In this document: in pieces, positions 56,733-64,000 of the stretch
Position numbering within the stretch: the stretch's first letter is position 1
Layout of the letters: every line of letters starts with the position of its first letter
DNA from: Anaerolineae bacterium
Lineage (GTDB): Bacteria > Chloroflexota > Anaerolineae > UBA1429
Direction of reading: 5' to 3'
DNA length: 64,000 nucleotides
Assembly (NCBI GenBank): GCA_963675785.1
Contig: OY776562.1
Coordinates: 864,001 to 928,000 of the forward strand
Translations under genes and position numbers: made by a program
Notes under the pieces: model-generated
The model's database searches: none
What the model was told of the DNA's origin: nothing
Seen by the model: the letters and a program-made list of their open reading frames with translations, nothing else

Positions 56733-58135
56733 CTTGTTTCAAACACCACGAGCACGCGGCCCATACGGACGCGATCGCCCGATTGCAGGGGGTAGGGTTG
56801 CCGCGGCTCTAGTTTTTTTCCGTTTATATAGGTGCCATTTGTATCTGGTAGGGCAATCAAGTAATAACGATCATTGTATACGATTCGACAGTGATTACGC
56901 GATATATAACCATGCGGATCATGGGTACCCAGGTCAATATCGACGGGCAGATCACCGCCGCGCCGACCGACAAGGGTGAACTTGTCTTGAAGCGGGTATT
57001 CGCGAGCCATGGTGCCAGTAGCTTCGGTCTGCAAGATGCGAAGCAAGCCCCGTACTCGCTCAGCCAACACCCGTCCGCAGTTCATACAATACTGCGCGTT
57101 TGCACGATTGGCTGCCCTGCATACTGGACAAAGGATCATTTGTATCGGTTTGGCCAATCCTGGCTCGGTCACTGTATTGGGTGCAGCAGGTGGGATTGTT
57201 GCTGTGGGTTCAGGTATAAACTGGCCCATCCGTCTGGCCTGGGCCTGCACTGTCCGCGTTCGCCGCTCGCAACGCTGTCTCTCAATCCAGGGAAGACAGG
57301 CGAGCAGGTCGGCTCGCATAGCCTGTGCCGATTGATAGCGGTGGGCTCGCTGCGGCTCCATGGCCTTTTCGATGACGCTGGCCATCTCTTCGGAGATGGC
57401 TGGATTGTAGGTGCGGGCGGGCACAGGGGTTTCGGGCACAAAAGCTGGCAATGGTGCTATGTTAGCCAGTAAATGGTACAATGTGGCCCCCAGGCTGTAA
57501 ATATCTGCACGAGGATCGGTCTGAGTTTTACCCCATTGCTCAGGGGCGGCATAGTTTTCCGAGCCCATGGTTACCGTATCCTGGCGTTTGCCCGCTTTGT
57601 AGGTTCGGGCAATGCCAAAATCGATGAGTTTGACGATGCCTTGCGGGGTTACCATGATGTTGCTCGGCTTGAGATCTCGAAAGATGACCGGTTGTGATCG
57701 TGTGTGCAAGTACTCGAGTACATCGCACACCTGAACGGCCCAATCGATGACGGTGTCTTCCAAGAGAGGGGCCTGGGCTTTTTCCAGGCTCTTTTGCAAG
57801 GATTCGCCAGTTACAAATTCCATGACCAAGTAGCTGCGTCCCCGCTCTTGAAAATAGGCGGCTACGCGCGGCAGGTTGGGATGGGCGAGCCGCACCAGGA
57901 TGTTGGCCTCTTGCTCAAAGAGATCCTGGGCTTCGTCTACCTGATTCTGCGTGCCGTCTTGGGCGCGCAACTCTTTGAGTGCCCAGATATGCGAATTGCC
58001 ATCGGGCAGTACTTCACGAATTTGGTAGATCCAGGCCATACCGCCGCCAGCAACGAGCCGCATGATGCGGTACTTTTCTCGGAGCAGCGTGCCTTCTGTG
58101 AGTGGCCCTGTGGTACCGGAATGTATGGCTGCCAT
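56729..58135 (-). CDS. Ser/Thr protein kinase with zinc ribbon and C-terminal FHA domain
   Basis: GGGMA, ALKE, FRDLKPSN, DFG, YAAPEQ; CPVC..YCMNC; VGR, ISRNH, TNGTYING. Confidence 0.93.
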   Translation of the reverse strand: MAAIHSGTTGPLTEGTLLREKYRIMRLVAGGGMAWIYQIREVLPDGNSHIWALKELRAQDGTQNQVDEAQDLFEQEANILVRLAHPNLPRVAAYFQERGRSYLVMEFVTGESLQKSLEKAQAPLLEDTVIDWAVQVCDVLEYLHTRSQPVIFRDLKPSNIMVTPQGIVKLIDFGIARTYKAGKRQDTVTMGSENYAAPEQWGKTQTDPRADIYSLGATLYHLLANIAPLPAFVPETPVPARTYNPAISEEMASVIEKAMEPQRAHRYQSAQAMRADLLACLPWIERQRCERRTRTVQAQARRMGQFIPEPTATIPPAAPNTVTEPGLAKPIQMILCPVCRAANRANAQYCMNCGRVLAERVRGLLRILQTEATGTMAREYPLQDKFTLVGRRGGDLPVDIDLGTHDPHGYISRNHCRIVYNDRYYLIALPDTNGTYINGKKLEPRQPYPLQSGDRVRMGRVLVVFETR

Positions 58136-58263
58136 GCACTTCTCTTGCTGTTTTCCTCGAATCAGTAATCACTTTACGTATTCGCTGCGCCCGGGGTTGC
58201 AGCATTCGCAAATTTGAAGCATTCTATTGGCACGTAAATTCGCGTCGTGGAGGGAATGCGCAA

Positions 58264-58758
58264 ATGAGCTACTGGGATAGCGCACTGCGGCTAATCGTTG
58301 CAGCATTATTGGGCGGAATTATTGGCTATGAACGTGAGACAGCTGGAAAACCTGCGGGGCTTCGTACGCAGTTGCTGGTGTCCATGGCTTCGGCGCTCTA
58401 TGTGGTTTCTTCTCAATATGCTGCTGAGATGGCTGGAGAGATGCTTGATCCGGTACGGGCTATGACCGGTGTGGCCGGGGGCGTAGGGTTTCTGGGTGGC
58501 GGTGTCATTCTCAAAGCGCGTCGTGAGATCCATTGGCTCACCACAGCAGCTGCATTATGGGCATCTGCTGCTGTAGGAATGTGTGCCGGTTTTGGCTTGT
58601 ACGCTCTTGGTGCTACAGCCACGGTTTTGATCTTTGTTACGCTGCACTGGTTGCCGGCTCTTAGCGATTATCTGGGCGCACATCCCGAACCTCGCGTGCC
58701 CAAGGACAAGAAAAAGAACGGCGCTAGTCCTCGTCCTCCGGATCCAGATAAGAGTTGA
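58264..58758 (+). CDS. MgtC/SapB family membrane protein
   Basis: IGYERE...KPAGLRT, DP.R, GVGFLGGGVI, LTTAAALW. Confidence 0.92.
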   Translation: MSYWDSALRLIVAALLGGIIGYERETAGKPAGLRTQLLVSMASALYVVSSQYAAEMAGEMLDPVRAMTGVAGGVGFLGGGVILKARREIHWLTTAAALWASAAVGMCAGFGLYALGATATVLIFVTLHWLPALSDYLGAHPEPRVPKDKKKNGASPRPPDPDKS

Positions 58759-59611
58759 GCCGGGCATAAAGCCGGCTTGCATCATCCTGTAGCATGGGCT
58801 TTTGTGTGGCGGAAAACCGCTGCATGCAGGCCTTGTGGATTGCAGTGCCAGCCAGCCGAACTATATCAATGGCGCGTAGCGTGTATTCGTCGTCGAGTTC
58901 TCGCTTGTCCCCGATTTCATAACCCATTTTGGGGGCGGTGCTGATGTACTGACGATTGATGATGCCGCCATTGTGCACCAGAATGTTGCGAGTCGCGTAG
59001 AGCTCGTTGATATCCGCCTTGGAATACCCTTTGCCTGTAAAGGTAATATTTAGGGTTTTCTGCAGGAATTTGATCTTGTTTTGGATGGAACGAAATGCCA
59101 GGTCGTCCATCTGGCGGTCGACAAGGCTGATGATGAGCTCATCGAGGTTTGCGCGGTATTCGGCTGGTTCTCGCTGAGCTTCCTGTTCGGTTTCATTCAC
59201 TTCTGTAATGATGGACATCATGACACTGCGCGCTATATCGACGAGATAGGCCTCAAAAAGAGTGGTGACATAAATCAGGATCATGTTGTTGCCAATGTGG
59301 GTGTAATTGTGCTCGATCTCCATGCCCATTCGTGCTGTACGCACCAGGTTCTGCGCCTCTGTTACCGAGAGTTCGATGGGCGTGTCTACATCTTCTACCT
59401 GGATGACAATCTGACTATCGACGTTTTCCTGGATGATCTGTTCTATCTTACTGATGGCCTCGTCTGAAAGCCGCGATTCCTGGATCAATTCTTCAGAGAC
59501 TCGATTGGTAAGGCCATGAAAGCGCTCGAGTTGCATGCAGCCCACAACGAGTTCTTCCAAGCGGCTGTTCAGTTCATCTGCCAGTGAATAGAGCCTGGCT
59601 TCTCTTTCCAT
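58724..59611 (-). CDS. HEPN-domain protein (putative RNase)
   Basis: TLFEAYL helix and TRNILVHNGG (Rx4H) motif typical of HEPN domains. Confidence 0.7.
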   Translation of the reverse strand: MEREARLYSLADELNSRLEELVVGCMQLERFHGLTNRVSEELIQESRLSDEAISKIEQIIQENVDSQIVIQVEDVDTPIELSVTEAQNLVRTARMGMEIEHNYTHIGNNMILIYVTTLFEAYLVDIARSVMMSIITEVNETEQEAQREPAEYRANLDELIISLVDRQMDDLAFRSIQNKIKFLQKTLNITFTGKGYSKADINELYATRNILVHNGGIINRQYISTAPKMGYEIGDKRELDDEYTLRAIDIVRLAGTAIHKACMQRFSATQKPMLQDDASRLYARLNSYLDPEDED

Positions 59612-59730
59612 ACGTTATTTCCTTTATGTGCTGGGGTGAATGATTTGTCTCCAACACAGTATCTATTTTACAAGTGGGAACTACTCGAAACTAGAGTATA
59701 CCACGATCTTGATTCAGCAGAGTAAACGGT

Positions 59731-59765
59731 AAAACAAGGGAGGGGGCGCTTAGGCGCCCCCTCCC
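59731..59765 (-). terminator. Intrinsic terminator of the SBP gene
   Basis: gggagggggcgc/gcgccccctccc stem; ttgtttt follows on the minus strand. Confidence 0.85.
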
Positions 59766-59787
59766 ATTTGTTGCGACCAGAATCGGT

Positions 59788-61806
59788 TTAGTGATTCTCG
59801 GGGTCGTCATAGTAGAACGTGGCGCAGTTGAGCACGGAGATACCGTGGGTCAACCATCCTTCAGGGTAACCAGCGACATAGTTGTGCAGATGCTTGTTCT
59901 TGATGACAGGAGTCGGTGCCTCACCCAGGTAGCCCTGCATGGGCATTTCTTCCTTCCAGACGTCGAGGATCTGATGGAACATGCTGGTGCGGGTGGCTTC
60001 GTCACCCTCGACCTTGATCTGATCCCAGAGGTCCCACATGGTGCGAATCCAGTGATCCGCAGGGGGCTCTTCGGCATTCGGCTGGGTTGGGTCATTGCGC
60101 CACTGACCCCAGGCGTCAGCCCACGGACGTTGGGTGTTGGTGCCGATAAAGATACCCGGGTCCAGCAGCGGCATGACCGTACGGTCGGCGCTCCAGGTGC
60201 CGCAGAGCATATCGTTAGCCTGCTGATGCTCTTCGTAGAGGGAGCGCTCAGAGTACTTGTAGACAGCCTTGATGCCGATGGCTCCCCAGTACTGGGAGAC
60301 GAGGATCATGGCATCTTCATAGGGTGAGCCAGAAGGCTCGAGGCCTTCCATCTCAAAGGAGATGATCTCGCCGGTCTCGGGGAAGAGGCGGTAGCCGTCA
60401 GCGCTCTTTTCACTATAGCCAGCAGCATCCAGCAGATCGTTGGCCTTGTCCGGATCGTACTCGAGGTTGGAATAGGCCTGCTCTGGGTAGAAGAGCGGGT
60501 CAACGCTCAAGGGGCTGTACTGCATGGGCGTGTAGAGGCCGTCATAGATGAGTTCGTTCATCTCATCGCGGTTGACGGCATAGTTCATGGCGAAACGGAC
60601 GTCACGGGTGTTAAAGAAGGTGCGCAGCTCTTCCTGCTTGCAGGTGAGGTTGGGCTGCACGGCGATGATGCCTGAGCCAAGAGCGATGAGTACGTCATAT
60701 CCGCCAGCGTCTTCATTCTCTTTGAAGAGGGTAAAGTTGGCCGAGTCGACGTGACGGGCCTGCATGTCGATTTCACCATTGACAATCCACATGTTGTAGA
60801 CGTCAACTGTCTCAAACAGGCGGTAGGTGATGTAGTCGATATAGGGGAGCTGATTGCCCTCTTCGTCGACCATCCAGCAGTAGTAGTTGCGCTCGGTGAT
60901 GACCAGTTCGTTGGCTGCTTCGTTGGTATAGAGCCAAACGTCGAGTCGGGGCACTTCAGGGTTGAGATGCTCCTGGCGCTTTTCTGTAAAGAGGGCAGCC
61001 CAGTCAGCGTACTGACCATCAGCGACCATAGCAGCCAGGGCAGTGGCGTCAGCAAAGTCGGCATGGTACTGTTCGAGATAAAAGCCCGGCATCATGGGGA
61101 ACTCACGCCAGATGACGGAGTAACCAAAGAGCGGGTTGGGGTCGGCAAAGGTGAGGATGAAGGTAAAGTCGTCGACTACTTCAAGGGTGCACATCTGCAG
61201 TGTGTCGCCCGAGCCGGTTTTGTAGGCGCCGATGCCGGAAGGGTTGAGTACCGTGTTCATGGCATAGTTATCCCACCACCACTGGACGTCTTCGGTGGTC
61301 AGGGGGGTGCCATCAGACCAGCAAGTGCCAGCACGGAGGTGCCAGGTCCAGGTGGTGGCGTCGGCGCTCATCTCCCATGATTCGGCCAACATAGCAGTGA
61401 TGGTCAGATCCGGGTTGAAGCGGGTGAGGCTGTTCCAGTTCATGTAGGTCTGGCCGGTGACGTCAGAGACGCCCTTGAATCCGCAGCGCCAGGTTCCGCC
61501 GTATAGACCGATGCTCTCTGCCACGGGGAGCACGGCCGGGTTTTCAGGGATACGATCTTCAACAGCAGGGATCTCTCCAGCTGCGACTTTATCTGCCAGC
61601 ATGGGGGCTTCGTTGAAGCGAGATACGGCGGTAACTTCGGTGGGGACTGCGGTTGCTTCACCGCCGCTGGCGGCAGTGGTTGCCGTTGGGGCGGTAGTCG
61701 CGGCAGCTTCGGGGGTGGCAGTAGGCTGTGCACAGGCTGCAGCTACGGTTGCTGCTGTTGCGAGAGCAGATACACGAACAAATTCTCTACGCGAAAGCTT
61801 TTCCAT
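59788..61806 (-). CDS. ABC transporter substrate-binding lipoprotein, family 5, with Tat signal
   Basis: SRREFV twin-arginine motif, AAAC lipobox, Ala/Thr/Pro linker, LAESWE, WSDGTPLTTEDV, GNQLPYID. Confidence 0.93.
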   Translation of the reverse strand: MEKLSRREFVRVSALATAATVAAACAQPTATPEAAATTAPTATTAASGGEATAVPTEVTAVSRFNEAPMLADKVAAGEIPAVEDRIPENPAVLPVAESIGLYGGTWRCGFKGVSDVTGQTYMNWNSLTRFNPDLTITAMLAESWEMSADATTWTWHLRAGTCWSDGTPLTTEDVQWWWDNYAMNTVLNPSGIGAYKTGSGDTLQMCTLEVVDDFTFILTFADPNPLFGYSVIWREFPMMPGFYLEQYHADFADATALAAMVADGQYADWAALFTEKRQEHLNPEVPRLDVWLYTNEAANELVITERNYYCWMVDEEGNQLPYIDYITYRLFETVDVYNMWIVNGEIDMQARHVDSANFTLFKENEDAGGYDVLIALGSGIIAVQPNLTCKQEELRTFFNTRDVRFAMNYAVNRDEMNELIYDGLYTPMQYSPLSVDPLFYPEQAYSNLEYDPDKANDLLDAAGYSEKSADGYRLFPETGEIISFEMEGLEPSGSPYEDAMILVSQYWGAIGIKAVYKYSERSLYEEHQQANDMLCGTWSADRTVMPLLDPGIFIGTNTQRPWADAWGQWRNDPTQPNAEEPPADHWIRTMWDLWDQIKVEGDEATRTSMFHQILDVWKEEMPMQGYLGEAPTPVIKNKHLHNYVAGYPEGWLTHGISVLNCATFYYDDPENH

Positions 61807-61926
61807 GTCTCTCCTTCTATTCTGCGAAACCTTTGTCTTGCTCTACCGCCGTTTAGGCGACGGCTTGCGGCAGAGATACGCAGTTTTACCCGCATATTGC
61901 ATCCTCCAACCACGCAGAGCATCTAA

Positions 61927-61955
61927 ATTATAAAGCCTACTAGAAACTCTGTCAA
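61927..61955 (-). promoter_or_regulatory. Consensus sigma70 promoter for the SBP gene
   Basis: Minus strand TTGACA-17-TATAAT. Confidence 0.85.
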
Positions 61956-62123
61956 CTAGGTATGATGGCCTAGTTAGCAGTAGGCGATGCGCACGGGCTT
62001 TGCTGGGGTTTAGGACGGAGTTTTATTTTATCTAGTTTATTACATATTTGGTCTTTTAATGATACTGTTCAAATTGTGATATGGCTTACTATGTGTAGAA
62101 AAACCATTGAATTTGAGAATAGA

Positions 62124-62257
62124 AAACGGATGTGCACATTGGATATTGCGCACATCCGTTTCTTTTACCTTGTTCGGTGGAACTCGTTTGTAGTAAACGA
62201 CCTGATTGCGATAAAGGTTAGCTACATGCCGGCCTCCAGAACTTTGAGGAGGCCGGC
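62124..62257. terminator. Two stem-loops downstream of the second SBP gene
   Basis: aaacggatgtgc/gcacatccgttt (62124-62161) and gccggcctcc/ggaggccggc (62228-62257). Confidence 0.7.
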
Positions 62258-62280
62258 TTTTGCTTACCGTTTACAAGGGT

Positions 62281-64000
62281 TTAGTGATTCTCAGGGTCGT
62301 CATAGTAGAAGGTGGGGCAGTTGAGCACGGAGATACCGTGGGTCAACCAGCCTTCAGGGTAACCGCCAACATAGTTGTGCATGTGCTTGTTCTTGATGAC
62401 GGGATAAGGTGCCTCACCCAGGTAGCCCTGCATGGGCATTTCTTCCTTCCAGACATCGAGGATCTGATGGAACATGCTGGTACGGGTAGCTTCGTCACCC
62501 TCGACCTTGATCTGATCCCAGAGGTCCCAAATAGTGCGAATCCAGTGATCCGCAGGGGGCTCTTCGGCATTCGGCTGGGTTGGGTCATTGTACCATTGGC
62601 CCCAAGCGTCAGCCCAGGGGCGTTGGGTGTTGTTGCCAATAAAGATGTTGTCCGGGGCGAGCAGCGTCATGACCGTACGGTCGGCGCTCCAGGTGCCGCA
62701 GAGCATTTCGTTGGCCTGCTGATGCTCTTCGTAGAGGGAGCGCTCAGAGTACTTGTAGACAGCCTTGATGCCGATGGCTTGCCAGTACTGGGAGACAAGG
62801 ATCATGGCATCTTCATAGGGTGAGCCAGAAGGCTCGAGGCCTTCCATCTCAAAGGAGATGATCTCGCCAGTCTCGGGGAAGAGGCGGTAGCCGTCAGCGC
62901 TCTTTTCACTATAGCCAGCAGCATCCAGCAGATCGTTGGCCTTGTCCGGATCGTACTCTAGGTTTGCGTAGGCCTGCTCAGGATAAGCGAGCGGGTCAAC
63001 GCTCAAGGGGCTGTACTGCATGGGTACCTGGAGGCCGTCATAGATGAGTTCGTTCATTTCATCGCGGTTGACGGCAAAGTTCAGGGCGAAACGAACGTCG
63101 CGGACGTTAAAGAAGGTGCGCAGTTCTGGCTGCTTGCAGGTTAGGTTGGGCTGCACGGCGATAATGCTGGCACTAAGAGCAAGGAGCACGTCATATCCGC
63201 CAGCGTCTTCATTCTCTTTGAAGAGGGTAAAGTTGGCCGAGTCGATGTGACGGGCCTGCATGTCGATTTCACCATTGACGACCCACATGTTAAAGACATC
63301 AATCGTCTCAAACAGGCGGTAATTGATATAGTCAACGTAGGGGAGCTGGTTGCCCTCTTCGTCGACCATCCAGCAGTAGGCATTGCGCTCGGTGATGACC
63401 AGTTCGTTGGCCGCTTCGTTGGTATAGAGCCAAACGTCGAGTCGGGGCACTTCAGGGTTGAGGTGCTCCTGGCGCTTTTCTGTAAAGAGGGCAGCCCAGT
63501 CGGCGTACTGACCATCAGCGACCATGGCAGCCAGTGCAGTGGCGTCAGCAAAGTCGGCATGGTACTGTTCGAGATAGTAGCCCGGCATCATGGGGAACTC
63601 ACGCCAGATGACGAGATAGCCAAAGAGCGGGTTGGGATGGGCAAAGGTAAGGATGAAAGTAAAGTCGTCAACGACCTCAAGAGCGCACATCTGTGAATCG
63701 TCGCCCGAGCCGGTCTTGAAGGCGCTAATGCCGGAAGGGTTAAGGACCGTGTTCATGGCATAGTTATCGTACCACCACTGGACGTCTTCGGTGGTCAGGG
63801 GGGTGCCGTCAGACCAGCAAGTACCAGCACGGAGGTGCCAGGTCCAGGTGGTGGCGTCGGCGCTCATCTCCCATGATTCGGCCAACATAGCAGTGATGGT
63901 CAGATCCGGGTTGAAGCGGGTGAGGCTGTTCCAGTTCATGTAGGTCTGGCCGGTGACGTCGGAGACGCCCTTGAATCCGCAACGCCAGGTGCCGCCGTAC
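62281..64000 (-). CDS. Second tandem family-5 ABC substrate-binding protein, 5' end beyond the window
   Basis: Near-identical paralog of 59788-61806; the frame is open to the window end. Confidence 0.93.
   Translation of the reverse strand, partial: YGGTWRCGFKGVSDVTGQTYMNWNSLTRFNPDLTITAMLAESWEMSADATTWTWHLRAGTCWSDGTPLTTEDVQWWYDNYAMNTVLNPSGISAFKTGSGDDSQMCALEVVDDFTFILTFAHPNPLFGYLVIWREFPMMPGYYLEQYHADFADATALAAMVADGQYADWAALFTEKRQEHLNPEVPRLDVWLYTNEAANELVITERNAYCWMVDEEGNQLPYVDYINYRLFETIDVFNMWVVNGEIDMQARHIDSANFTLFKENEDAGGYDVLLALSASIIAVQPNLTCKQPELRTFFNVRDVRFALNFAVNRDEMNELIYDGLQVPMQYSPLSVDPLAYPEQAYANLEYDPDKANDLLDAAGYSEKSADGYRLFPETGEIISFEMEGLEPSGSPYEDAMILVSQYWQAIGIKAVYKYSERSLYEEHQQANEMLCGTWSADRTVMTLLAPDNIFIGNNTQRPWADAWGQWYNDPTQPNAEEPPADHWIRTIWDLWDQIKVEGDEATRTSMFHQILDVWKEEMPMQGYLGEAPYPVIKNKHMHNYVGGYPEGWLTHGISVLNCPTFYYDDPENH

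Noticed and set aside
58136-58263. M-box riboswitch upstream of the MgtC-family gene
   Set aside because: The gap is only ~128 bp, is shared with a divergent promoter, and shows no recognisable M-box core or terminator.
59788-64000. SBP duplication as a diversity-generating retroelement (TR/VR)
   Set aside because: No reverse transcriptase is present, and the differences span the whole gene and are not adenine-specific.

Overview
A 64 kb bacterial chromosomal window. Gene content suggests an anaerobic Chloroflexota/Anaerolineae-like organism, but this is inference. I found no rRNA, tRNA, CRISPR array or transposase. Housekeeping and metabolic genes include gcvH/gcvPA/gcvPB, rsmI, xth, an Fpg/Nei glycosylase, a divergent tgt, a Re-citrate-synthase-like enzyme, pepC, S9/M16C/M50 peptidases, sugar-catabolic operons and two near-identical tandem ABC substrate-binding proteins. 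Seven items stand out. (1) A five-gene, partly translationally coupled phospho-signalling operon (kinase-FHA, PP2C, vWA, zinc-ribbon-FHA, membrane non-RD kinase) converges on a GrpE-like/TPR pair and is bracketed by two stand-alone RxxxxH HEPN-type proteins; it is an elaborated TerY-P-like candidate stress or defence system. (2) An unannotated 18-codon leader peptide and an RBS-sequestering hairpin lie ahead of a MefA-like MFS pump. (3) An ArmA/Rmt-family 16S methyltransferase overlaps tgt and sits next to an ANT(4')-like nucleotidyltransferase. (4) Three copies of an ~87 bp structured repeat surround an AT-rich orphan gene. (5) A promoter-proximal terminator with ANTAR-like loops precedes the Re-citrate synthase. 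(6) An AbiE type IV toxin-antitoxin pair carries a perfect 17 bp operator. (7) A DtxR-FeoC-SmsC/SmsB-like minimal Fe-S operon is present. All assignments come from motif recognition by eye; no database searches were run.
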